DNA of 39,869 bases, taken from NCBI GenBank assembly GCA_964546395.1, contig CAZJJT010000002.1, forward strand, positions 1 through 39,869. Reading direction: 5' to 3'. The translations under genes and the position numbers were made by a program. Numbering within the stretch: the stretch's first letter is position 1; each line of letters opens with the position of its first letter. Of this stretch, positions 32,184 to 39,869 are shown piece after piece. The notes below the pieces were generated by a model that had not been told where the DNA came from, ran no database searches, and was given only the letters and a program-made list of their open reading frames with translations. Source of the stretch: an uncultured Fibrobacterota bacterium (GTDB lineage: Bacteria; Fibrobacterota; Chitinivibrionia; Chitinivibrionales; CAZJJT01).

Positions 32184-33374
32184 CTATACCGTATGTCCTG
32201 TGTCCTGTCTCTTGCCCACAGCATATACTGCCGCCACACGCATCTCAGTGTCGAACAGCACCAGATCGGCGTCGGCGCCGGCGTTGAGGTGTCCCTTGCG
32301 GCTCTCGATGCCGAGAATGCGTGCGGGGGTCAGTGACGCCATCTCCCAGAGCTGCTCGAGCGGCACGGATGTGCATGACGAGAGGATGCGCAAGCTGTCG
32401 GCGAGCGTGATGGCGCTGGAGGCAAGCCGCAGCGGGTCGCTTCCCGGCACGACTCCCACCTGGGGCTCTTCGATAATCCGGCACATCTGCCCGTCACGCG
32501 GCCCGAACGCGTAGTCGCCGGGCCCCGCGCCCACCCCGCGAAGCGCGTCGGAGACCAGTGCGGTGTTCGACGGCCCCTTGATTTTCACCACGAGTTCGAC
32601 GAGTTGCGGTCCGACGTGTATCGCGTCGCCGATGATCTCGGTGGTGAGCTGGTCGAGCAGCAGGATCGACTCGAACACGCCGGGTTCGAGCACGATGGGG
32701 TTGCGGCGCGCGCGTGGCATGGCGTTGAAGATGTGCGTGGAGTGGCTCAGACCGGCATCGATTGCGGCGAGAAGTTGCTCGTGGGTTGCGTCGCTGTGGC
32801 CGACCGAGAAGACGGTTCCGCTCGGGCGGAAGCGCCGAATGGCATCGAGCGCACCGGGCAACTCGGGTGCGAGTGTGACTTCCCCGATAAGCTCACGATA
32901 GGGTTCGAGTGAATCGAGCTCTTCGGGGCCCGGGTCGCGCAGGTACTGCGGCAGGTGGCAGCCCTGCCAGGCGCGGCTGAACCAGGGCCCTTCGAGGTGC
33001 GCACCGCGGATGTTCGGCACGGCGCCCATGGCGCGCCGCGTCGATTCCAGCGCCGCAAGCGTCTGCGGCGGGGGGCACGAGGCGACGGTCGCCAGCAGGG
33101 ACGTGGTCCCCTGCGACAGGTGGTGGCGTGCAGCCCGCTCGGTATCCTCGACACTGCCGTCCGCGAAGTCGCTCCCCGCGGCACCGTGACAATGCAGGTC
33201 GATGAGTCCGGGGCCGGCAACCAGATCGCTGTGGTCAATGACACGGGCCCCCTGCGGTACGTCGCACCGATCGACGATATCGACCACTGTGCCGTCGTTG
33301 ACTGCGATGACAGAGCCGCTTGTGGAGAGGTGCGGACAGAAGACTTGCTTGCACTGGACATAGAACGGGGCCAT
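32184..33374 (-). CDS. nagA: N-acetylglucosamine-6-phosphate deacetylase
   Basis: The start is taken at ATG 33374 (MAPFYVQ...); the ORF-track start at 33434 is TTG. NagA hallmarks are VAGPGLIDLHCHGAAG (HxH metal site), GAHLEGPW, SVGHSDAT, HSTHIFNAM and ADADLVLFD. Confidence 0.9.
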   Translation of the reverse strand: MAPFYVQCKQVFCPHLSTSGSVIAVNDGTVVDIVDRCDVPQGARVIDHSDLVAGPGLIDLHCHGAAGSDFADGSVEDTERAARHHLSQGTTSLLATVASCPPPQTLAALESTRRAMGAVPNIRGAHLEGPWFSRAWQGCHLPQYLRDPGPEELDSLEPYRELIGEVTLAPELPGALDAIRRFRPSGTVFSVGHSDATHEQLLAAIDAGLSHSTHIFNAMPRARRNPIVLEPGVFESILLLDQLTTEIIGDAIHVGPQLVELVVKIKGPSNTALVSDALRGVGAGPGDYAFGPRDGQMCRIIEEPQVGVVPGSDPLRLASSAITLADSLRILSSCTSVPLEQLWEMASLTPARILGIESRKGHLNAGADADLVLFDTEMRVAAVYAVGKRQDTGHTV

Positions 33375-33644
33375 GGCGAGTCCAGGGGGCAGAAACGTGC
33401 AACGGGCGTTTGTGGGTCCCCCCCAACAACACAACCACAGACCACTTCACCTGCCCGGGGGGTACCCGGCGCAGCTCCCCAAAGATACACCGCATCCATG
33501 TGGCGGGAATAAACCTCCACATTCTGGTGTCCAATGGGGTGAGGGCAAGCAGAGGGACACGTACATGCCGGCCGCATGAGTGGATGAGTGAAAGGAACGG
33601 GAAACCACAACAACCCGCGGGCGCGGGAAGAAGGAGATGGGAAC

Positions 33645-34124
33645 ATGAAACGCACAATCGGTACAGCACTTGGGGTTGGGACACTGGCGCTGCTGATGGC
33701 AGCGGGAACCGCGATGGCACAGGGGCCGCACGGGCGCAAGGGGCACGGCGGAGGCGAGGGACCGGGCATGGGGATCATGCGTGGGCTGCACCGGGTGAGC
33801 AACCTGACCGAACAGCAGGAAGAGCAGATCGACAAGATCGTCCTTGCACTCCACAAGCAAATGCGGGCACTGCGCGGCGAGAAGAAGCAAGGGCGTGGCG
33901 AACTGCAGGAGCTGATCAAGGCGGGAGCATCGGACAAGGAGATCGCGGCGAAGGTGGAGGAGCAGTCGAAGGAGCATGTTGAGGTGGCGAAGAAGCATGC
34001 GTTTGCGATGCGTGATATCGTGAAGATTCTCACGCCGGAGCAGCGCGAGGAACTGTTCGCGGAGCCGGAGAACGGGTCGCGATGCGGGCCACGCGGTGAG
34101 CGACGTGGTGCGGGGAGATGGTAG
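33645..34124 (+). CDS. Periplasmic Spy/CpxP-family (LTXXQ-motif) protein
   Basis: ATG 33645 with GAAGGAG about 10 nt upstream. Signal peptide MKRTIGTALGVGTLALLMAAGTAMAQ. It has two LTXXQ motifs (NLTEQQEEQI and ILTPEQREEL) in a helical, charged sequence. Confidence 0.7.
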   Translation: MKRTIGTALGVGTLALLMAAGTAMAQGPHGRKGHGGGEGPGMGIMRGLHRVSNLTEQQEEQIDKIVLALHKQMRALRGEKKQGRGELQELIKAGASDKEIAAKVEEQSKEHVEVAKKHAFAMRDIVKILTPEQREELFAEPENGSRCGPRGERRGAGRW

Positions 34125-34251
34125 CGCGAGTGGTTCGGGGCGGTCGCGGTATCGCGGCTGCCCTGAGCTATGTTAGCGTGACGGGTGTACGGGAGCGACG
34201 GCGAGCACGAGTACGACGACGAGTACGAGCAGGATTGCTTGTGCGGGGAAG

Positions 34252-34812
34252 ATGTCGGGACCATACGATGACAAGAATGACGCGGAGCTTATCGCCGAGG
34301 TGCGCGGTGGGCGGGCGGATGCGTTTCGGGGGTTGGTGGAGCGATACGAGCGACAGGTGGCAGCGACGGTGATCGGGATGCTGGGGGTGGGAGCGGAGGC
34401 CCAGGATGTGGGGCAGGAGGTGTTCGTCAGGTTCTACCGCTCGCTCGACAGGTTTCGGGGGGATTCGGCGGTGGGCACGTATCTCACCCGTATCGCGATG
34501 AACCTGTGCTACAACGAGATACGACGGCGCGGCACACGCAGGGACCGGGCGGGCGGCGGCGCGGCCACACTGGCCGGGCTGGTTGACACGGCAGACAGCA
34601 CCGGGTCGGGACCTGAGCGGCGCGAGATACGGCAGGCGATACAGAGGCTGGATCCGAAGTTCCGGAGCGTGGTGGTACTGAGACTGGTGAAAGGGCATAC
34701 GACCAAAGAGACCGCGAAGGTACTGGGTATTCCGCTCGGCACGGTCCTGTCGCGGTTGTCGCGTGCCCAGAAGATGCTTGCCGAGGAACTGAAGGACTAC
34801 GCGGAGAGGTAG
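34252..34812 (+). CDS. ECF-type RNA polymerase sigma-70 family factor (sigma-24)
   Basis: 186 aa. Region 2 is AELIAEVRGGRADAFRGLVERYERQVAATVIGML...AQDVGQEVFVRFYRSLDRFRGDSAVGTYLTRIAMNLCYNEIRRR. Region 4 is LDPKFRSVVVLRLVKGHTTKETAKVLGIPLGTVLSRLSRAQKML. Confidence 0.9.
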   Translation: MSGPYDDKNDAELIAEVRGGRADAFRGLVERYERQVAATVIGMLGVGAEAQDVGQEVFVRFYRSLDRFRGDSAVGTYLTRIAMNLCYNEIRRRGTRRDRAGGGAATLAGLVDTADSTGSGPERREIRQAIQRLDPKFRSVVVLRLVKGHTTKETAKVLGIPLGTVLSRLSRAQKMLAEELKDYAER

Positions 34813-34814
34813 CC

Positions 34815-35231
34815 ATGGACACACGTATGCGGGAGTTGCTGATACGATCGTTCGACGCAGCGCTCAGCGGAAAGCAACGGCGGGAACTCGATGCCGCCCT
34901 GGCTTCTTCGGAAGAGTTGCGGGTCGAACGTGACAGGCTGCTGGCGCTGCGGGCCGGCGCTGCCGAAAGCGCGTCCCCGGGGTTCGGACCGTACTTCGCC
35001 GAACGAGTGATGGCGCAGGTGAGTGCCGTGGGGGAGCGTTCGCTGGCAGCGGATCTGTTCACCGTGTTCAGACCAGTGGCCCTGGCCGCCACGATAGCAC
35101 TGCTGGTACTGGTCCCATTCGGTGGCCGGACGTTGTACGAATCGCTGAGCGGGCAGGAACAATCGCTCGTGTCGGTTGCACAGAGTGCGTATGCGCTTGA
35201 CGTGGAGGAGGTGCTATGTCAAACAGAATGA
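34815..35231 (+). CDS. Putative membrane anti-sigma factor
   Basis: It starts 2 nt after the sigma gene's stop. It is 138 aa, with an N-terminal helical cytoplasmic part and one TM helix (VFRPVALAATIALLVLVPF). The assignment rests on position and topology only. Confidence 0.55.
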   Translation: MDTRMRELLIRSFDAALSGKQRRELDAALASSEELRVERDRLLALRAGAAESASPGFGPYFAERVMAQVSAVGERSLAADLFTVFRPVALAATIALLVLVPFGGRTLYESLSGQEQSLVSVAQSAYALDVEEVLCQTE

Positions 35232-35713
35232 AGTCGGGGCTGATTGTCGTCGCGACGCTCCTGCTGGGGTTTCTGCTCGGTGTGGTGGTGGTGGGCTCGC
35301 TGCACCGTCGTCGCATCGCGCATCTGCGTGAGTTTAACGACCGCGGCGGCGTGGCGTCAGTGATCCGGCGACAGGTCAGGCCCAGACCCGAGCAGCGTGC
35401 GCCGCTGCGCGAGATCCTCAAGCAGTACGAGCCACGGCTCCGCCAGATGCGCGAGAGCCACCGCGAGGAGATGGAGCGGGTGCTCGACTCGCTGGCGGAT
35501 GAACTGGGCGCGGTGCTGACGCCCGCGCAGATGCGGCGGCTGCGCCGCCACGGTCCGGCGGTGCCGCAGGAGCCGGGCATAGAACCCGGCCGGGGCAGGC
35601 GGGAGGGGAGAGGTGCGGGGGGTGGCGCAGAACGCAGGCGGCCGCGGCGCGAACGCAGTGGGGAGGTCCCGCCGGACAAGCCGCCTCCACCGCCACTGCC
35701 TCCAGCCGAGTAG
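35216..35713 (+). CDS. Membrane-anchored LTXXQ-motif (periplasmic heavy-metal-sensor/Spy-like) protein with Arg/Gly- and Pro-rich tail
   Basis: ATG 35216 with GGAGGAGG 5 nt upstream. It overlaps the anti-sigma gene by 16 nt. Signal-anchor GLIVVATLLLGFLLGVVVVG. It contains the LTPAQMRRL motif. The C-terminal tail is GRGRREGRGAGGGAERRRPRRERSGEVPPDKPPPPPLPPAE. Confidence 0.65.
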   Translation: MSNRMKSGLIVVATLLLGFLLGVVVVGSLHRRRIAHLREFNDRGGVASVIRRQVRPRPEQRAPLREILKQYEPRLRQMRESHREEMERVLDSLADELGAVLTPAQMRRLRRHGPAVPQEPGIEPGRGRREGRGAGGGAERRRPRRERSGEVPPDKPPPPPLPPAE

Positions 35714-35836
35714 GCGCTCCCGGGTTTCGTTTCTGGTGCGAGCCACGATGTGCCGCGTACACAGCCGCCGCGTTTCAGACCTGTCGAGCCGCCCTCGCGA
35801 CGGCTGGCAGAGGCAACACTGGACAACGGGCCGCAA

Positions 35837-35854
35837 ACATAATATTACATAATA
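35837..35854. promoter_or_regulatory. AT-rich direct repeat (ACATAATA x2, 10-bp phasing) in the upstream region of the giant secreted-protein gene
   Basis: acataata-tt-acataata lies at 35837-35854, inside an AT-rich patch (aaacataatattacataataaagtacaat) about 130-150 bp upstream of ATG 35984. It stands out strongly from the GC-rich background. The promoter or operator role is inferred. Confidence 0.3.
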
Positions 35855-35983
35855 AAGTACAATCGCGACAGAATTGCCCCGTCGTGCAGGCCGCCGTATG
35901 GCCATACATTATTAGTAGCTGCGGCGGACGCATGCCACCGTGCGAACGGCATGGGTGCAACAGCAGAACCAAGGAGGGATAGC

Positions 35984-38900
35984 ATGAGAAGGCTGGCCAC
36001 CGGACGTGCTGCACCGTTGCTGGTATGGTGGGGAATCGCGTGTGCGACAGGGACAGCAGTTGCCCAGAACGAGAGTGCGATTGCTGCGCAGATACTTGGC
36101 AGTTCCGGATTGCGCAAAGGCGTATGTATCCACGCCGGGTGCGGTGAGGGGGTGCTGACCGCGGAGTTGGGTGCGTACGATGGTGTTGTACAGGGGTTGA
36201 CCGATGATGCGTCCGAGTTGACGGCGGCACGTACGCTGCTGATCGGGCGCGGCCTCTACGGACGGGTGTCGGCGGTGGCCGCGGCGGCCGACCGGCTTCC
36301 GTATGCCGACAACACAGTCAACCTGATTGTGGCGCATCAGCTTGCCGCCCTTCGCGCCAAGGGACTCACGGTTGCCGAGGTGCTGCGGGTAGTGGCGCCA
36401 TACGGTATCATGTACGTGGGAGGTGAAGCAGACGAGACGACCTTGCGGTCGGTGCTTGACGGCGCTGGAGTAAGTGGGTACGAGATTGTCAACCAGAACG
36501 GCATCTGGGCCCGTTATGTCAAACCATATCCCACGGAAATGGATGAGTGGCGGCAGTTCCGCCATGACGCCTCGCGCCAGGCACAATCGCGTGACCAGCT
36601 CATTGGGCCGCCCAACAGACTGCGCTGGATAGCAGGCGATGGGTGGGTTGAGGAGGGACGCGGGTGGTCGATGGGCAACGGCGGCATCATGTCGGGGAAC
36701 GGACGCAACTACTACCTGAACTCCGTTGGTGATACGAACGGTGTGCTGAGCGCACGCGATGCATTCAACGGCGTTTTGCTCTGGGAACGTGCCATCGACA
36801 ACATTTCGCAGTACCCGGGCGGTCGCCGGCGAATGATTGTCCACGGTGACCGGGTGATCACGAGAATCGGCGGCATGTTCGTGGCGCTTGACGGGGCTAC
36901 GGGAGAGACGGTCCAGATCTACAGCAACATTGGGTCATCGACTTCGCATCTCACCTACGCAGTGGACTCGCTGGGCAGAGAGCTGCTCATCGTCGGACAG
37001 GGCGCGGGGGCGGCGTACGATGTGGCCACGGGGGAGCGGGTGTGGACGCGCAGCGGTGGGACTGGTGCCTACGATCCGGCGGTTGTCGTCGGCAACGAGT
37101 TGTTCTCCCGCAGCTACTCACCGCAGCATCTGCAGTGCCAGAACCTGACGACGGGCGAGGTGAAGTGGCGTGCGCCGATAGCCACGATGTCCGCAAACGA
37201 GCTTGTCTGGGTCAAGGACGGCATCGCCGCGTTTTTCTCCCCTGTCAGCGGTACAGTTGACCTGTACTCGGCGGTGGACGGGACACCCTTGTGGAGCTAC
37301 ACGCACTCTGTCAATATCCACGGCGGTGACAACGACCGTCCGTTCTACCTTGGCGGGTACGTGTGGGTGCACGAGGCGATTGCGGATGGTTCAGAGTTCT
37401 CGCGCTGGGTGGCCCTCAACCCGACCACCGGTGTCGAGGTGAAGCGTGTGGTGCTTGATACGACCCTGGGCAGGCTCTACCACCGCTGCTACGGCGACCG
37501 GGCGACCGACAAGTACATCCTCTATGGCGGCATGGAATTCATGGACTTTGTCAACGATACCCTGTTCGGTTTCTACGGTGCGCGCGGGATCTGTGCGTTT
37601 GGCTACCTGCCGGCCAACGGCCTGCTCTACAACTACCAGACCGTGTGTTTGTGCTTCGCGCAGCTGCGCGGTATCACGGCCGTGTCGGCCGAGAGCTGGC
37701 CGGATGTAGCTGCGCTCAAGGCGCAGGGAGTTCGTCTGGAGACCGGGCCGGCGTACCAGAGCGCGACCGGCGCCGCAGGCGCTGATGACTGGCCAGAGTA
37801 CAGACATGACGGCGTGCGGAGCGGGCGAACCACGATGTCACTGCCGACGGAACTCAATATCCACTGGCAGACGAACCTGGGGCAGAAAGCCAGCAGCGTT
37901 GTGGTTGCCGACGGTATGGTATTTGCCACGGCTGTCGACGAGCACCAGGTCATGGCGCTCGATGCGCAGAGCGGCGCCATCCTGTGGCGATACACTGCCG
38001 GTGGCCGCGTTGATTCACCGCCCACATACTACAAGGGCTACGTCCTCTTCGGGGGGCATGACGGGTGGGTGTACAGTGTTCGGGCGAGCGATGGTGCGCT
38101 GGCGTGGCGCTTCAGGGCCGCACCGGGCGACCGACGGATCGTGGCGCGCGGACAGTTTGAGTCGGCGTGGCCGGTCTACGGCAGCGTGCTGGTTATTGGT
38201 GACACGGCCTATGTCTCTGCTGGACGCCATTCCGAAATTGATGGGGGCATTGCCCTCTATGCGTTGCATGCCGAAACCGGTGCGGTTGTGTGGGAGAAGA
38301 TGGAGGTCCGCCCGTATCTGCACCGGCGGAACAGACATGGTCTGATTGGCAGTACGCACCACGGCATGATGACCACCGACGTTACGGCTCAGACCGTGTA
38401 CATGGACTTCATGAACTACAGCGCCGCGACGGGTGACGCGGTTGCTGATCCCACGGGACGAGTGCTCTGGGGCGGCCCATGTGGGTTCACTGAAGATATC
38501 GCGAAGCCGCAGCACACATGGAAATGGACACGCCGTCACTGGGCATACACCGATGGGAGCCGCCGGTTCGGTGATCCGACAGCTACCGGGGGGGTGGGGA
38601 TGGCGGTTGACGGCAGCACGACTATCACAATCAGGCACGAATCGGGTTACACATCCGAGAACGCACGAGAAGTGTTCCGTTCGGGAACCAGTCCTTGGAG
38701 CAACACGGTGACCGACACGGTTGCCTTGATGAAGGCGGTTCTCTGGGCCGGCGACCGTGTGTATGTTGCTGCACACGTCGACCCATCCAGTCAGACCTCG
38801 GGAGAGTTGTGGATCTTCTCCGCGGTTGACGGCAGTCCGGAGGGAACGGTGTCACTGGGTGCCGCACCGGCATTCGATGGGCTGGCGGCGGCCGACAACC

Positions 38901-39769
38901 GGCTGTACGTATCGACGCAGGACGGCCGCATCATGTGTCTGACAGAGGGTGCCGTGTCCATATCGGCCGGCCAGGCCGTGCCGATGATGCCGCCGGCGAT
39001 ACCCAGCGACCAGGCCACGCACGTGCGTCGCTGGTCAGCCGACGCCTGGCAGACGATGGAGGAGCCGCCGCTGTTCGCCACGCATTCGTCTGGCGGCGAA
39101 GGAGAACAGCCTGCCGTTGCCCAGACTCGCACACAGACCAGTCAGCCGACCGGTGTGGTGCACGCTCTCTGCGCTATCGACGCCCGGGAGACTGAAGGCC
39201 CGGCCGCGGTCGTTGACCCGGCGGGTCTGTGCGATGTGTCTGCCGATGGGTTGGACTCGCGGTGCAGTGGTACCGACAGCACGAGGATTCAGCCACGCCT
39301 GCCTCGTGACATGCTGTGGCACAACGACCTTCCGTGCCTGAATGTGGCGCACGCGCATGCACGCACTGAGGCCGGGCAACGCGAGGCGTCGTATACGCAT
39401 GACAGCGATCTTCGCACTCGCTGGCGCGTGCGTGCCGGGACAGAGCGCACACAGTGGATTACGTATGACCTTGGGCAGACGTGCGAGGTATCGGGTGTGA
39501 CGGTTGTGTGGTACGCACTGAAGTCCAACCGGACAGGAATGGCCATCGAATTGTCGCTGGACGGGCATGAGTTCAGTCAGGTTGACGGCGGTGCGTTGTG
39601 CGGCCGTGGGACGATGACGACGATGCGCTCCTTCCTGCCGGAGCGCGCCAGGTTCGTGCGTGTGGTGCTCGATACGGAAGGAGCCGCGGACGGCCTCAGT
39701 CTCTACGAGGTGGGAATCCACGGCACGGTCGAAACATCCACCCGCCGGTTGTCGGTGACAGGGCAGTAG
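35984..39769 (+). CDS. Secreted multidomain protein: class-I SAM-methyltransferase-like domain, PQQ/BamB-like beta-propeller repeats and a C-terminal F5/8 type C (discoidin) domain
   Basis: ATG 35984 with AAGGAGGGA upstream. Signal peptide MRRLATGRAAPLLVWWGIACATGTAVAQ. The MTase motif-I-like VCIHAGCGEGVLTAEL starts at 36122, and LPYADNTVNLIVA is also present. There are repeated propeller blades (ARDAFNGVLLWER, DVATGERVWTR, NLTTGEVKWRAP, SAVDGTPLWSY, LDAQSGAILWRY, RASDGALAWRF, HAETGAVVWEK). The discoidin-like C-terminus spans about 39392-39730 (DLRTRWRV...WITYDLGQTCEVSGVTVVWY...RFVRVVL). Confidence 0.85.
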   Translation: MRRLATGRAAPLLVWWGIACATGTAVAQNESAIAAQILGSSGLRKGVCIHAGCGEGVLTAELGAYDGVVQGLTDDASELTAARTLLIGRGLYGRVSAVAAAADRLPYADNTVNLIVAHQLAALRAKGLTVAEVLRVVAPYGIMYVGGEADETTLRSVLDGAGVSGYEIVNQNGIWARYVKPYPTEMDEWRQFRHDASRQAQSRDQLIGPPNRLRWIAGDGWVEEGRGWSMGNGGIMSGNGRNYYLNSVGDTNGVLSARDAFNGVLLWERAIDNISQYPGGRRRMIVHGDRVITRIGGMFVALDGATGETVQIYSNIGSSTSHLTYAVDSLGRELLIVGQGAGAAYDVATGERVWTRSGGTGAYDPAVVVGNELFSRSYSPQHLQCQNLTTGEVKWRAPIATMSANELVWVKDGIAAFFSPVSGTVDLYSAVDGTPLWSYTHSVNIHGGDNDRPFYLGGYVWVHEAIADGSEFSRWVALNPTTGVEVKRVVLDTTLGRLYHRCYGDRATDKYILYGGMEFMDFVNDTLFGFYGARGICAFGYLPANGLLYNYQTVCLCFAQLRGITAVSAESWPDVAALKAQGVRLETGPAYQSATGAAGADDWPEYRHDGVRSGRTTMSLPTELNIHWQTNLGQKASSVVVADGMVFATAVDEHQVMALDAQSGAILWRYTAGGRVDSPPTYYKGYVLFGGHDGWVYSVRASDGALAWRFRAAPGDRRIVARGQFESAWPVYGSVLVIGDTAYVSAGRHSEIDGGIALYALHAETGAVVWEKMEVRPYLHRRNRHGLIGSTHHGMMTTDVTAQTVYMDFMNYSAATGDAVADPTGRVLWGGPCGFTEDIAKPQHTWKWTRRHWAYTDGSRRFGDPTATGGVGMAVDGSTTITIRHESGYTSENAREVFRSGTSPWSNTVTDTVALMKAVLWAGDRVYVAAHVDPSSQTSGELWIFSAVDGSPEGTVSLGAAPAFDGLAAADNRLYVSTQDGRIMCLTEGAVSISAGQAVPMMPPAIPSDQATHVRRWSADAWQTMEEPPLFATHSSGGEGEQPAVAQTRTQTSQPTGVVHALCAIDARETEGPAAVVDPAGLCDVSADGLDSRCSGTDSTRIQPRLPRDMLWHNDLPCLNVAHAHARTEAGQREASYTHDSDLRTRWRVRAGTERTQWITYDLGQTCEVSGVTVVWYALKSNRTGMAIELSLDGHEFSQVDGGALCGRGTMTTMRSFLPERARFVRVVLDTEGAADGLSLYEVGIHGTVETSTRRLSVTGQ

Positions 39770-39869
39770 ACTGTCGGGGCAGACAGCGCACCTACCCCGC
39801 CACCACTGTGGCTGCTCCCACCCATTGACCGGTATTGCCGCTGAACAACAGGATATCCACGAACCGGAC

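Noticed and set aside
32141-32200. Repeated GTCCT/GGACA pentamers and an imperfect stem (AGGAC..AGACG / CGTCT..GTCCT) at the convergent kinase/nagA junction
   Set aside because: Most of the pentamer copies lie inside the last codons of nagA (…KRQDTGHTV). The stem is interrupted and has a 20-nt loop. This is too weak to call a terminator or repeat element.
33594-33627. ECF-type promoter (GGAAC at 33594-33598) and palindrome CCCGCG-GG-CGCGGG (33614-33627) upstream of the Spy-like gene
   Set aside because: GGAAC alone is too short to be meaningful, and no convincing -10 (CGTC-like) sits at 16-17-nt spacing. The palindrome has a 2-nt centre, which is unfoldable as RNA, and is GC-only sequence that arises easily by chance here.
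1-39869. Search for CRISPR arrays, tRNA/rRNA genes, transposases/integrases, prophage or classic defence genes (restriction, toxin-antitoxin, Cas, reverse transcriptase, STAND NTPases)
   Set aside because: I saw no regularly spaced direct repeats, and no intergenic gap has tRNA-like or rRNA-like sequence. The largest gaps (9290-9610, 22225-22599, 33375-33644, 35714-35983) were read on both strands. No ORF shows recombinase, nuclease or NTPase motifs. Absence is by eye only; a tRNAscan, Infernal or CRISPR-finder run would be definitive.

Overview
GC-rich bacterial chromosomal window, densely coded. I support about 31 CDS and see no rRNA, tRNA, CRISPR array, transposase, integrase or phage gene. 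All calls come from reading the six-frame translations and the raw sequence; no homology search or RNA-folding program was run.

Bases 1-14350 form a polysaccharide-degradation locus, mostly on the minus strand:
- an AraC regulator and a Gfo/Idh/MocA oxidoreductase;
- a heparinase II/III-like lyase, a CBM-like secreted protein, a DUF5060-type glycoside hydrolase and a GH30 hydrolase;
- a membrane-tethered AraC regulator with a CBM9-like ectodomain, and a GntR/LacI-type regulator with two winged-HTH modules;
- a small FMN-binding ectoprotein.
Five of the secreted proteins end in the same beta-rich C-terminal sorting-type domain (T9SS/FlgD-Ig-like). No SusC/SusD genes are present.

Bases 14351-27060 are mixed metabolism and transport:
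- an FGGY sugar kinase, argC and an amidohydrolase;
- an EIIA(Ntr-type)-CBS protein coupled to an ArsB/NhaD-type permease;
- a Cys-rich secreted protein and an outer-membrane beta-barrel protein;
- a NagZ-like GH3 coupled to an SbsA-Ig protein, then ribosomal protein S1.

Bases 27061-39869 hold galE, a 1349-aa transmembrane Ser/Thr kinase, nagA, an ECF sigma/anti-sigma module flanked by two LTXXQ (Spy/CpxP-like) proteins, and a 1261-aa secreted methyltransferase-like/beta-propeller/discoidin protein.

I do not see a canonical defence, mobile or CRISPR system, and I cannot claim a clearly novel multi-gene system. The items most worth a second look are:
1. An orphan, hairpin-insulated gene (8747-9289). 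Its product has SSB-like architecture ending in ...DADVPF and sits behind a roughly 300-nt structured leader.
2. The one-component CBM9-TM-AraC glycan sensor, abutting the double-GntR/LacI regulator.
3. The kinase, which has HQD/DWG catalytic variants and about 15 copies of a ~24-residue Cys-phased helical repeat in its predicted periplasmic region.
4. The secreted methyltransferase-like propeller protein.

The very long antisense ORFs are codon-aligned shadow frames and are rejected.
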